Positions 11,621 to 24,386 of a DNA stretch of 64,000 nt are shown one piece after another (the first letter of the stretch is position 1; every line of letters starts with the position of its first letter). Both the position numbers and the translations under genes were made by a program. Source of the stretch: Geosiphon pyriformis uo1 (lineage: Eukaryota > Fungi > Glomeromycota); the NCBI GenBank assembly GCA_016748015.1, contig JAAOMT010000484.1:133443-197442 (forward strand). The letters run 5' to 3'. The notes below the pieces were generated by a model. The model was not told the DNA's origin and did not search any database. It saw only the letters and a list, made by a program, of their open reading frames with translations.

Positions 11621-12264
11621 TGTTATGGGTTGGAGTAACAAGCTAATGAATAGCAAGGGAGAACAAGATTGTAGAGTGATGGAAATAATTAAAAAGAGTT
11701 CAACTTCAATGAGTGAATTAAATGAGTATGGATTCAATGTGCGAGATCAGTCTCATAAAATATCTCAGTCGCTATTCTTTTCAAAAAGTAACAAGGGAAT
11801 CTGAAGGTAGAGAAATAGTCCGTACTGTCAACAATTGATAACTGCTAGTATAATTCTATGCCTTATGTCGGCGCTCTTAGAATTTAATATCAGGTATCAA
11901 CTTGTGCTTTTCAGTTACATTTATTCAAATAATCTTCAAATACTGCAATTACATATTTCAGGAAAGTGCCAACAAGTAATTTTTTATCCAAAAGATGTTC
12001 AGATACTTGAAGATAGGGAAAGAGAAATTAGCAATAAGAGAGTGATTGAGATGAAAGTTGTTATTTTTATTTATTTAATTCTTGTCTGAGAGATGATTTT
12101 CTATAGCTAAGAGACTTATTGCTTATATAGCTATTGAAAGTAGTCAATGACCAAGTCAATGACTAGGTCAATGATTACTATCTAAAAATAGAGTAGCTAA
12201 TTATATGACATCAGTGACTAATACATATGATAACTAATAAAAATTATGGGTTTCAACTATAACA
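11621..12264 (-). repeat. A1 5' LTR (644 bp)
   Basis: Termini and similarity to 4651-5304. Confidence 0.95.
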
Positions 12265-12547
12265 CTATTTTTTCATTTGGCTCTATAATATAGATCTTTT
12301 CTGAATTATTTTGTAACATTGCAATAATATTTCCTACATATCCTGCATCAATTATTTTTTCTTTGATGTTGATTTCCTTTTTCACCAGACTACTCTTAGA
12401 CACCAACTGAATCATTGTTGTTGTTAGGATTTCTAATACTACTTTGAGATCAACACATGTGCACAAATGTGGTTCCAATTTAATGGCATTTTTTCCTGAA
12501 TATTTCAGATCAAACCCTGCATCAGTATCATGCATATGTTCTGGCAT
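12265..12547 (-). pseudogene. dut: dUTPase domain fragment within retroelement-like family D
   Basis: DAGFDL (motif 1), SKSSL (decayed RSSL, motif 2), IIDAGYVGNI (motif 3), EKI (start of motif 4). Cut by the A1 LTR. Confidence 0.85.
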
Positions 12548-13554
12548 GATACTTTCATCATTATCATTAAACTATTTCAGTTCTTGTTTCTTGAAGAGAT
12601 TAGAAAGGGCAATATATTGTTCAGGGTTTGAATTGGAGTTCAAATCATCGTAATTATTATTGTCAGTTTGCATTGAGCTGAAACCATTGTTTTTGTCATT
12701 GTTATTGTCAGAGTTTGAATTGGAATTGAAAATTATTTTCAATTCTGATACACAGCTGCTAATTGGTTCATCTTCTTCTGGAATTGTGTAGATTATACAT
12801 GGTAGTGGATTGTAAATGAAGTCACATTCATTACAGTACTGGAAGTCACATGGAATCAAACAGTAATCACATAATTAAGTGTTTATTTCTTCCAAACACT
12901 GTTTCTGCTCTTCTCTTGTTGGTGCCAAATTTTGATAGTGCTTGTAAAACTCTTCTGGGCCTATTTCTATGTCAAGAAAAACATCTGGGTTTAAGATTAG
13001 AATAACATCAACTGGTTTTAGAAAATTATTTTTAACTTCCAAGATTTCACTAGGTGTGGCTCTTTTAACTTTGACATTCGCCATTTTTTAGATTTTGTCT
13101 TTATTATGTGGGTAACCATCCAAATGAGTTATTGCTTAGTGCCAGACTGCAGTCATGGAAGTGCCACAACTAACCCAGTTGTTTATAAGAATTGTGTACT
13201 GACATAAAGCATTACACATTCCTTTTTAACCAGAAATATCATTCCATATTTCTTTATTAAGCAACTGTTTGCCACAAATGAGACATAGTTTATTGTCCTA
13301 CTTGCTTTGTTATTTTGGATAGCCATACTGTTTTCTGTGGTATGGCTTGCAGTAATAGTGTGTTCACATCCAGTAATCTTTGTTAAGTGCAATCCAAGCT
13401 CCCATGAAAGAAAGTTTCTTGCCACAATTTTGGCATTTGAGTGGAATATATGGTGATTGTTTCAGTAGCTCGTGTGAGTAAGAACTTTTCCAGCCACTTA
13501 TTACTTTTTCTGTAATAGTGTCTTCTTTTAGTGTGTCTTCTTCTTTTCTTTTCC
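12548..13554 (-). pseudogene. Cys-rich polyprotein segment upstream of the dUTPase (family D)
   Basis: Fragments with CQNC, CLIC, CDYC and YCNEC plus an Asn/Asp-rich linker, collinear with the dUTPase. Confidence 0.55.
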
Positions 13555-15226
13555 TTTTTTTTTTGTTAATGTATAGCCACACTGATCATTTATTAGTTAA
13601 GTCCACAGTAATGTGACAGTTTCATAAAGCCAGCTCACTCAATAATACAAAAATTATAAGATGTAGCTAACCACAGATAAAAAGTCCTAACTATATACTA
13701 GTACTATCTATGTTACTTAATGTATTAAACATATCTAATTCATACATCTTATCCATGATGCTAACAAGCTCCTGACTATTCTTAATCATACTACTCATCT
13801 ACTTAGCAGTTAGATCAGGACTGAATTTGATACTGAATGACTGATCTTCCCATAAATGCATCATAACATCAAATGTGTTATCATAGACAGAGAAATTTTT
13901 ATTTTTGATATCATTATTATTATCATCATCCATGTTATTATTATCTGACATATCTTCCAAGCAGGCCTGTTCATACTTTTTCTTAAGGCATGTCATTCTT
14001 TTCTGCATTACAATGGCAATAACAGCCAAGTCTTTATTCTGTTTAGCCAACTTAGCCACACTTTCCTTAACTGAAACATCCACAGCAGATAGAGTAAACA
14101 ACAATTTGGTAATTAAAACAACCAGAGCACTAACAAACTCAACCAAAAACTTTATCAGCAAAGACAGTTCACCAAGATGGAATTTCAGAGAAGCCAACTT
14201 AGCATCAACAGCATTATTAATAGCAGAAAGTACAACAGACAGCATGAGTGTAGTAGTTGGAAGGAAAGACCACCGAGATCTAAGTTCATATTAGCAGTAG
14301 CAGCAACAGAAAAAACCACTATAGCAGCAGCTTTGGCATAAGATTTAGATCCAGCAAATAAAAATTTGAAAACTTTGGGGCCACCAGAGAAGTTGGAAAA
14401 GATTTTGAGAGGAAGAGATGGTAACACTTTGTATTCTAAAGTCAAATAGTCTAAACCTTAACATCTATAGCAGCAGTGACATCCAGAAGTTTCCCACCAG
14501 ATATGGCAGTACCAGTTTTAGAAACAGCAATGTTCAAAGATTCCAAGAAATCAAAGATAACTGCAGCAAAACATTAATGTCAGTATGATTCAGGAGAGTG
14601 AAGAATGAAACAAGTATGGCCACTAACTTAAAAGACCAAATCACTTATCTCAAAAACAGTACAGCCAAAAGGAAGATTGACCAACTTGGCTTTGAAAGCA
14701 TCTTTTGAGACAATAACTTCTTTTTGGTTGACTAAAGGTAGAATCCTAATATTGTTTTTTTTTACCAGTACTGACCAGTGAGTAAGAGCAGCAGCAGCAG
14801 AAGAAGTGTCTTTGAAATAAACCACAGCATATTGCCATAAGTCAGCAGGCTTTAACTTGACAGAAGTGACAACACCAAAAATGCCAAGAGCAGATTTGAT
14901 GTCATTAGAAGAAGTATCCAAAGGTACATCATGAAGTGCAATTGACAGAGAAGAAAAAAAAACAGAGGCCACACCAGAAGACCATGCAATCTTAAGAGTG
15001 GTTAAAAAAACCTCATCACTAATGACCACATTAGTGGCACCATTTAAACTCTTCTGAAATGCAAATTTCACACAGAACAACTTGACAGCATCTTATAAAA
15101 CAGACTTAAGCCCAATACAACCAAACAACAACTGAAACAAGGAATTGAGCAAAGCCATCTTGATCTTAAATATAATATTAAGTACAAGATTAGAGGCCAC
15201 CCAACCAGAAAATCTTTAATAATCAT
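13555..15226 (-). mobile_element. ORF1-only non-LTR element H1 (divergent subfamily, 5' part missing)
   Basis: T10 tail at 13555-13564, conserved 3' UTR, ORF fragments homologous to other H copies. Cut at 15227 by an LTR-like end. Confidence 0.88.
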
Positions 15227-15775
15227 TGTTACAGGTAAACTTAGCAGAGTATAGTAGTAATGTTTACTGTTCTATTTTTGGGTTATTTTTCAAGGTTGTC
15301 TGCTTTTTCTGCCATATCAGTGTTATTAGTCTCTGAAAGTCTATTTTTGGATGTGAATTTATCTGTTGAATTTTTTGGTTATAAAGCACAGAGTTTGTCT
15401 TTCGTTGATTACAATGTTTTCTGTAATTGTAAGTTTTCTTTTCTGCACTAATAAGCATAATTGTTAAGATTAAGCATTGTCTTTTTGCCTTTCTGATAAA
15501 CTACCAAGATAACGTTAATATCCAAAACTTAGGGAGAGCTTCCCTTTTTTATTAGGCTATCATGAAGTCTATTCCAAGACAGTCAATTTTTCTATGTTGC
15601 CACTCCAAACAAAAAAATAAAGAAAAAAAAAAAAAAAATTTAGTTTCTGTCAATCACTGTGATCAAGAGTGATTGGTCTAAATTGTTAAGACTTAAGACA
15701 TTTATGCTAATGGCATCTGTTCCAGAATGAAAATAGAAAATACTGATTTTAATTTTTAATTGAAATCCATAATAT
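15227..15775. mobile_element. Probable LTR fragment of an additional family E
   Basis: Starts with TGTTACA exactly where H1 breaks off. Non-coding in appearance, with no other copy in the window. Confidence 0.4.
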
Positions 15776-17290
15776 TGTTACAGTTGAAACCCATAATTTT
15801 TATTAGTTATCACATGTATTAGTCATTGATGTCATATAATTAGCCACTCTATTTTTAGATAGTGATTATTGACCTGATCAATGACCTGATCATTAACCTG
15901 ATCATTGACCTGATCATTGACTACTGTCAATAGCTATATAAGCAATAAGTCTCTTAGCTGTAGAAAATCATCTCTCAGACAAGAATCAAATAAATAAAAA
16001 TAACAATTTTTATCTCAATTACTCTCTTATTGCTAATTTTCTTTTCTCTATCTTTAAGTATCCAAACATCTTAGAATAAAAGATTACTTGTTGGCACTTT
16101 CCTGAAACGTGTAATTGCAGCATTTGAAGATTATTTGAATAAACGTGACTGAAAAGCACAAGTTAATATCTGATATTGAATTCTAAGAGCACCAACATGA
16201 GGCATAGAATTATATCAGTGGTGATCAATTGTTGACAGTATGGACTATCCCTCTACCTTTAGATTCCCTTGTTATCTTTTGAAAAGAATAGTGACTGAGA
16301 TATTTTATGAGACTGATCTTGTACATTGAATCCATACTCATTCAATTCACTCATTAAAGTTAAATCTCCTTTGATTTCTTTCATCACCCTACAATTCTGT
16401 TTTCCCTTGCTATCCATTAGCTTGTTACTCCAATCCGTAACATAAAAGTGGTGCTCTCTGTGAAGTTGTCAAAATCTACTTATTCCCTTATTGTATGGGT
16501 GATTACTCATATCTGTCACAGCAATCAGAAAAACACTTTGAAGCATACAACAAAAATGATTTAAATTTTATTGAACTCAATCCTTTGTTTTTCTGCTTGA
16601 TTTGCTTCTCTATTAAAAAACAATCCAGCAGACAATTTCAAGACTTTTGGAACTAGTTTCTGAACAAGCATTCAGCTGAAACCTACACAGCTTATACAAC
16701 CTATTACTTTGACCAAGCTTATTTTGAAGACGACTTTGAAGAAAGAAACAACAGTATCAATCAGCTCTTATATTCTACAATCTTTGAACAACAGCCCCCT
16801 GATTTCAAATATCTGAATCATCAAATCCACATTTGAATTGCTGCCCATCAATTAACAGAAATTTCTCTTAAAACAGAAGAAGAAAGCTATCAAACCACTC
16901 CTGTTTTTGATCTCTTTTTAAGTAAATCAGAACACTTCACACAAACAGTTACACCTGAACCAATGGCTTAAGACCCTTTACAACAAAACATTCTGGCCGC
17001 CCTCCAAAGTATACAAACTGCTCTAGGAAGAAGAAACAATACCCTATTACCACTATTTAGAGGTGATGCACAAGATCCAATCAAATAGCTGGATGATTTT
17101 GAGAGAGCTGCTACAGCAAACCAATATAATAATGAATACAAGTTCCAAATCATTGGTGGCTATCTCTAAGACTCTCCTGCTACTTGGTTCTCACAAAAAA
17201 CCAATGCCAATGCTCAACAAAGAATCATTAGATAGGCATCAGCAAATGCTGGAGAAGACAACACCTCTTTTACTACCTGGTTTGAAATAA
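15776..17290 (+). mobile_element. Family A 5' fragment A0: LTR 15776-16442, PBS, 5' gag from ATG 16495
   Basis: LTR termini, TGGTGCTCTCTGTG PBS and gag homology. Fuses near 17290 to minus-strand A2. Confidence 0.9.
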
Positions 17291-17559
17291 GAGTATAACT
17301 GCTATTATACTTTCTAACAGATATTTATCCATTTTACTACCAATTCTTTCTCTTCTGGTAGTAGTTTTTTTTGGTCTAATAACAGTATGTGTTCCACTGT
17401 TATTAGTTATGGTGGTTTGTTTTCCAATAGTTAGAGTAGTATTTGAATAGTTTTTGATCCAATACTCATAAAAAGTATAAAAGGCATTTTAAATGTTTTG
17501 ATCCAGAAAATAATTGTTCATGTCAATTGAAAATACCTCTATTTTGGGAATGATGCATT

Positions 17560-20500
17560 TATTTATACTTGATTTTTGCTGATTATTTGAGTCAGTATTA
17601 TCACAACAGACAGCCAATCAGGTCGTTTATAATATTTTTTGAGTTATGTACCATAAACAGAATGATCATTAAAAATTGTTCGGATTTGATCTTGAAGAAT
17701 ATAAGAACCATTGTTCAAAACTTTGTTGACTATAAAGGGTCCTTTCCACTGGCTAAAAAATTTATCACCATAAACATTGTCTCTGTTAGAACAGTATTCT
17801 AGCACCAAGTCACCAACACTTAAAGAAAGTGTTTTATAAGTTTTTTTTTTCTTAAGCTTTTCTTGGAACTGTTTTATTTTTTCTTAAGCTTTTCTTGGAA
17901 CTGTTTTATTTTTTCAAAAGCAATTATTTGTGTTTCTACCAAGAAGTTAAGAATGGTATCAAGTTTTCTTTGTAAAATGTCTTTGTAATTTCCTATTGTG
18001 ATCTCTTCAAAGGGTATTGTTTCAATGTTAGTTTCTATTAGTAGTGTTGTCATGCATCTATAGAGCAGATAAAAAGATTCATAACTTGTTATGTCATGAT
18101 TCACAGTTCTATAAGCAAACAAAGCTGAAGGCAGTACTTTGTCCCATAAGTTTGTTTCTTCACTGGTTTTGGCTAGGGTTTCATATAATGTTCTATTGAA
18201 ATGTTCCACTAGACTATTTGTTTAAAAGTGATAAGGGAAGAAAAGTTTATAATATATTCCCATTTTTCTACAAAGTTTTTCAACCAGTATACTGAAAAAA
18301 GCTCTTCCTTTATCAGATAAAAGTTTTTTGGGACAGCCATGATGGCAAATGATATCTTCATAAATGAAATTGGCTATTGAGACTGCTGTTTGGTCTGAAG
18401 TGGCTCTTGCTTCTACTCACTTTGTAAAATAGTTGGTAGCTGTAATAATATTGTTACAGGTTGGAGTAACAAGCTAATGGATAGCAAGGGAGAACAGTAT
18501 TGTATGGTGATGGAAATAAACAAAGAGGAAATTACAATAAGGGAGCGAATTGAATAAGTAGGAATTCAATATGTGTGATCAGTCTCATAAAAATCACAGT
18601 CGCTAATCTTTTCTTAAATCTGAAGGTAGAAGAATAGTCCGTGATTGTCAACAAGATAACACTGCTGCTATTATTCTATGCCTCAACTCAGTGATTCTTA
18701 GAATCAATAACAGGTATTGTTGTATTTTTCAATCGTTTCTTTATTCAATGAATTACAAGAGCAAGCCAATTGCTTCTCAGACTAATTCTAACAAATACAA
18801 ATCAAGAAGGAGAAAAGATAAGGTATGTGAATGCCAACAAGTAGATACTTGAAGGTAAGGAAAGGGGAATAAGTGATTATGAGAGGAAGTAATTAATATT
18901 GTTTATTTTGTTACTTTGATCATATCTTTCTACAGTTAAGGGAATCATTGCTTATATAGTTATCTAAAGTGGTCAATGACCAGGTTAATGATCAGGTTAA
19001 TGATCAGGCCAATGATTAGGTCAACGATTACTATCTAAAAATAGGGTGGCTAATTATATGACATCAGTGGCTAATACATGTGATAATTAATAAAAACTAT
19101 GTGTTTCAACCATAACAATATATCTGTTGCCATTAGAAGTGATTGTTAAAGGTCCAACAACATTTATACCAATTCTGTTAAAGGGTTGACCAACAGAGAT
19201 TGAATAGATATCTTCTTTGTAATTGGGTTTGTCTTTTCTTTGGCAGATGTTACAAGTTTTAATGTATTCAGCAATGTCTTTTCTTAAGATAGGCCAATAA
19301 TAACAAGCTAAAGTTTTCTGAATTGTCTTTGTTTTTCTAAAGTGTCTAGCTAATAGATCAGTGTGCATATTGTATATTATAATTTCTCTTTCTTCAAATC
19401 TGATAACTTTCTGGGGGTGGTCAGGATCTTTTTTGTTTCTTTTGTATAATTGGTTCTGGCAGATTAAATAGAAATTTGATTGTTTGTGCAAATGTTCTCT
19501 TTGATGTCAAGTGTATTCTGGTGGGTATTGTCTTTTATCCAAAAATTTCATTAAGGCAGAGTAGTTGTCCAAGTCTATTATCGTGTTTGTTTGTGAAGGG
19601 GTTACTAATAATTAAGTTGATTTGGTTTGAAAGATACTATCACCGGATGGTAAGTCTAAAGAAAGTGTTAGCATTTTGATGATTTGCTTTTTTGTAGTGT
19701 TGAATATCATAGTCGAATTCATCCAAGTGGAGTATTCAGTAAGTTATTTGTTTATGTTCCAGCTTCTTTTTTTTGCACAGCCAAACCAAGGCTTGATGAT
19801 TTGTTACCACTAAGAATTTTGCACTAAGAAAATATTGATTGCAGTAGCTAGTAGCCCAAACTACTGCTAAGCATTCCTATTCAGTAACTGAATAGTTCTT
19901 TTCTGCTGGTGAGAGGAATCTACTGGCACATGCTATGACATGTTCTTTGCCATTTTCATCTTTTTGTGAAAGGACAGCACCAAGTTCATAACCAGATGCA
20001 TCAGTGTGGAGGATAAAAGATTGATCTAGATCAGGTTGCTTCAGAATTGGTTCAGTGACTAGTTTTTCCTTTAGAGTTTCAAAAGCTTTTTGTTGGTGTG
20101 TGCTCCAATGGTAGTTGATGTTTTTTTTGAGTAGCTGATTAAGTGGAGCAGTTATTTTGGAGAAATCCTTGAGAAATTTGTGATAATAGAAAGCCAAACC
20201 AAGAAAAGAGCATAGTTCATGAACATTCATTGGTTGTCTAATGTTCTGGACTTTTTCAACCTTAGCTGGGTCAGGAAAGATTCCATCTTTTGTGATAAGA
20301 TGACCAAGGAATTGGGTAGATTGTCTTCCAAAGAAAGATTTGATTGGGTTGATTTTGAGACCTGCATTTCTGAGAAAATTAAAAACTTTTTGCAAATGTA
20401 CAAAGTGTTCATCCCAGGTTTTTGAGTACACCATTATATTGTCTAGATAAACTAAAACAAAGTTTTCTTTCACTGATTCAAATACTTTATCTATTAAGTG

Positions 20501-22333
20501 TTAAAAGGTGGGAGGGACATTGGTGAGACCAAAAGGCATTACTGTGAATTCATAGGTGCCATACTTGGTAATAAAGGCAGTTTTCTTCCAGCTTTCTGGA
20601 TCCATCTCTACTTGCCAGAATCCAGCAGTTAGATCAATGGTAGAAAAAAAAGCAGCATCTTTGAATTGGTTCAGCATTGCATCAATCTTGGGAAGTGGGT
20701 ACATGTCTCTTTCAGTGATGGCATTTAATTGGCAGTAGTCAACACAAAAGTGTAGGGTTCCACCTTTCTTGGATACCACTACAACTGAAAAAGCCCATTC
20801 ACTCTTGGTTTTTTGTATGAATCCAAGTTCTTTCATCTGGTTTATCTCTTTCTTGATGAACTCATCATTGTGTCAATTGAATTGATATGGCTTCAAATGG
20901 ATGAGGCAAGTTTTTCTAGTGGTAATGGTGTGTTGTATCACATGGGTTTGTTCAGGAGTATCATCTTTTTTTGAGATAACTGGGCTATTTCTAGCCAATA
21001 GATTTTTAATGTCTATCTTTCTTTCTTCTGGGGAGGGTTCTCTTAGTTTTACAACTAGTGATTGGATTTCAGGTGGTTTATTCTCAAAGGACTTCTGTAC
21101 TTCTTTTAATTCTTCTCTTGGTATCAAACTGATTGGTTCCCAATCTTTGTAATAGATCAGGCAGGATTTGCATTCATCACTTGGAGAATACAAGGGTTGA
21201 TTGCACCAGCACCAGGCACAAGATCCATGCCACCAATAATGGTACTTGGCTTTCTTGCTAGGCTTCTGGTCAAAAGTTCTTCTTAGGATATCATAGTAGG
21301 GCCAGCAGATCAGCTTGCCATTTACAATGATTCTTTCTCTGTTAGCTTTGACATTGTCCAGTGGCTTGCCATTGCTGGTGAAGGTGGTATAGACAAGTTC
21401 AGCAGTTTCTTCTTGTTTCTCTTGTTCTTCTTCTTCATCACTTTCTTCATCATCTGATTCCTCTGATTGTTTTTCTTCCTGATTCTGTTTTGGTGTTGGA
21501 GAGATTGTCCAGTAGCAACACTTAACCACAATGGGCTTTTCACCACATCTGATGGTTAGCTCACAAAGTTTGTAGTCAAGTAATGCTTTGGCTTTCTTGA
21601 GCCATTCATTTTCAACAATAATAGTGTATTTCTTGGCTTTAGAAACTTCCATGTCAGTTTCAATGCTGATGCTATTAATACAGACAAGAACAGCTTTGGC
21701 TATGTCCAGACCTTTCTTCTTGTCACCATATACATTGGTCATTGGTTGGGTGGAAGGTTCATCAATCTTTCTCCCAATTGCTTTCAAAAAGTGTTTGGCA
21801 ATGATGCTAACAGATGATCTACTGTCCAGGATCAAGTCAATGAAATAGCCAGCCACTTGGGCTTTACAAATTAATGGGGTGACATTGCTGTTGTCAACAA
21901 GTCCAGTTTGGTAAGGGCGTTTATTGGTTTTTGGTGTTTTCTTCTTGGGAATTAGAGATTTGTGGAGATCTTTTCTGAATTGTGGATGGGTCATTAGTTG
22001 ACCAAAAGTAATGTGTGCAGGAGTTTCCATGAGATCTTTGACAACAAAATAAGGACCAGATTTTTGTACTATTTCTGGGAGTTCTAACTTTGGAGGATTC
22101 TTAAAAACTTTAGCCTTTGGTGGCTTATTATTATCAGCAGTTGATGTGGATAGTTTATTTAGATCTAAAACAAAATCAACCTTGGCTTTCTTTTTCTTCC
22201 TTGTTGATTCTGAGGAGTTGATTGCTAGTTCATCCATGTCATGGTCATCATCAGTTAAGTTAAAAGCATTAAAGGGGTTTTCTTCTGGTTGGCTTGCACT
22301 CTCACCCTTTGGAGGTACACCTACCAGTTTAAA
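17560..22333 (-). pseudogene. pol: A2 pol, integrase interrupted by a solo LTR
   Basis: PR, RT, RH and IN fragments in the ORF track. Confidence 0.9.
18452..19117 (-). mobile_element. Solo LTR, divergent A-related subfamily, 4-bp TSD ATAT
   Basis: TGTTACA..CATAACA termini. ATAT at 18448-18451 and 19118-19121. Central part differs from other A LTRs. Confidence 0.92.
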
Positions 22334-23874
22334 GGCTGGTAAACTGTGGCTTCAACTAGGGGATCCTTTCCAAAGAAATTGATGTTGGTATGATTGGGTC
22401 TTTGATTGGGGGCATTGTTGTTATTAATTCTGTTGTTCTGGTTGTCATTGTTTCTAGGAACTGGAGGGGGCAAAGGAGAATTGTTGCAATCTCTGGAGAA
22501 ATGTCCAGTTAATCCACATTTATAACACACAGGAGGACCACGATTTTGCTGTCTTTGATAAAGAGGTTGCTGGGGCTGATTAACACGTGGTTCATATCTG
22601 GGTCTTTGTGATTGTTGGTTATCTCTAACTGCTTGTGCCAAAGGTTCTAATAACTGGGCAAGATTGGCTGTGAATCTATCAATTAATTGTTCATTTGGAT
22701 CTTGAGTTTGGGCAGCAAAAGAGGCAGCAGCCATTTGAGGAGCAGGAGCCATGACAGGAGCAGAAGCAAAAACTGGAAGTGTAGATCCCAAATGTATTCT
22801 TTGGTTGTCTTCAATTTGTTGGGCAAGTTCAATGGCCATGTCCATTGTAGGATTGTCTTTCAGGGCCAAGAGAGGCCAAAGAGCATAAGATAAATCAGTT
22901 CTCAATCTTTTTGTGAAGGAATGAATCTTTTGCTCTTCTGTCCAATTTCTTCCAGAGTCTACATGCTTGATTAACTTTCTGATTGCTTTAGCATATTCAG
23001 TTACAATTTCACCAGAGCCTTGAGTTCTTCTTTCTAATTCCATGTGCTACTTGGATATCAAGATTGGGGTTCTGAACTTGTTTTCAAACTGGGTTGTGAA
23101 AGAGATGTTGTTTTCTCTGGCATTTGCTGGCATCCATCTAATGATTCTTTGATGGGCATTAGCATCAGTTTTTTGTGAGAACCAGGTAGCAGGAGAGTCT
23201 TGGAGGTAGCCACCAACAATTTGAAACTTGTACTCATTATCATATTGGTTAGCTGTAGCAGCTCTCTCAAAGTCATCCAACCATTCAATTGGATCTTGTG
23301 CATCACCTCTAAATAGTGGTAGTGGGGTATTGTTTCTTCTTTCTAAAGCAGTTTGTATACCTTGGAGGGTGGCCAGAATGTTTGCTTGCATGGGGTTATT
23401 AGCCATTGGTTCAGGGGTAACTGTTTGTGTAGACAAGTCTGATTTGCTTGATAAAAGGTCAAAAACAGGGGCAGTTTGGTAGCTTTCTTCTTCTGTTTCA
23501 AAAGGAGTTTCAGTTGCTTGATGGGCAGCAATCCAAATGTGGATTTGATGATTCAGATATTCGAAATCAGGGGGCTGTTGTTCAAAAATTGCAGAATATA
23601 AGAGCTGATTGATACTGTTGTTTCTTTCTTCAAAGTCGTCTTCAAAATAAGCTTGGTCAAAATAATAAGTTGTATAAGCTGTGTAGGTTTCAGCTGAATG
23701 CTTGTTCAGAAACCAGTTCCAAAAGTCTTGGAATTGTCTGCTGGATTGTTCTTCAAGGGGAAAGCAGATCAAGCAGAAGGACAAGGGATTAAGTTCAATA
23801 AAGTCTAGATTGTTTCTGTTGTGTACTGCAAAGTATTCTTCTGATTGCTGTGGCAGATATGAATAATCATCCAT
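22321..23874 (-). pseudogene. gag: A2 gag (single internal stop)
   Basis: ORFs 23047-23874 and 22321-23043 are in one frame. Intact CYKCGLTGHFSRDC knuckle. Confidence 0.92.
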
Positions 23875-24386
23875 ACAATGAGGAAATAAGTGAATTTTGA
23901 CAACCTTACAGAAAGGACTACTTTTATGTTACAGGTTGGAGTAACAAGCTAATGGATAGTAAGGAAGAACAGAATTGTAGGGTGATGGAAATAATCAAAG
24001 GGGAATTCAACTTTAAAGAGCGAATTGAATAAGTATGGATTCAATGTGCGAGATCAGTCTCATAAAATATCTCAGTTACTATACTTTTCAAAGGTAACCA
24101 GAGAATCTGAAGATAGAGGAATAGCTCATACTATTAACAAATAATCACACTTGGTATAATTCTATGTCTCATGTCAGTGCTTTTAAAATTCAATATCAAG
24201 TATCAAATGTGCTCTTCAGTCACATTTTATTTAATAATCTTCAAATACTTTGTTTAATTGTTTTAGAAAAAGGCAAATAAACACTAACAAAAGATCTTTT
24301 ATCCAAAAGATGTTCGAATACTTAAAGGTAGGGAAAGAGAAATTAGCAATAAGAGAATGTTTGAGATGAAAGTTGTTTTATTATAT

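Larger units (their letters stand above)
4651..12264 (-). mobile_element. Ty3/Gypsy LTR retrotransposon family A, copy A1 (complete structure, decayed)
   Basis: Direct LTRs at 4651-5304 and 11621-12264, PBS, PPT at about 5305-5320, gag-PR-RT-RH-IN order. Flanks ATAT/CTAT belong to unrelated elements. Confidence 0.95.

Noticed and set aside
11740-11830. Functional intron-containing tRNA-Met gene inside the LTR
   Set aside because: Only the anticodon arm and variable loop match. No acceptor stem, D arm or GTTCRA T-loop is present.
17851-17914. 32-bp tandem duplication in A2 integrase
   Set aside because: Private slippage event between T-runs in a dead copy.
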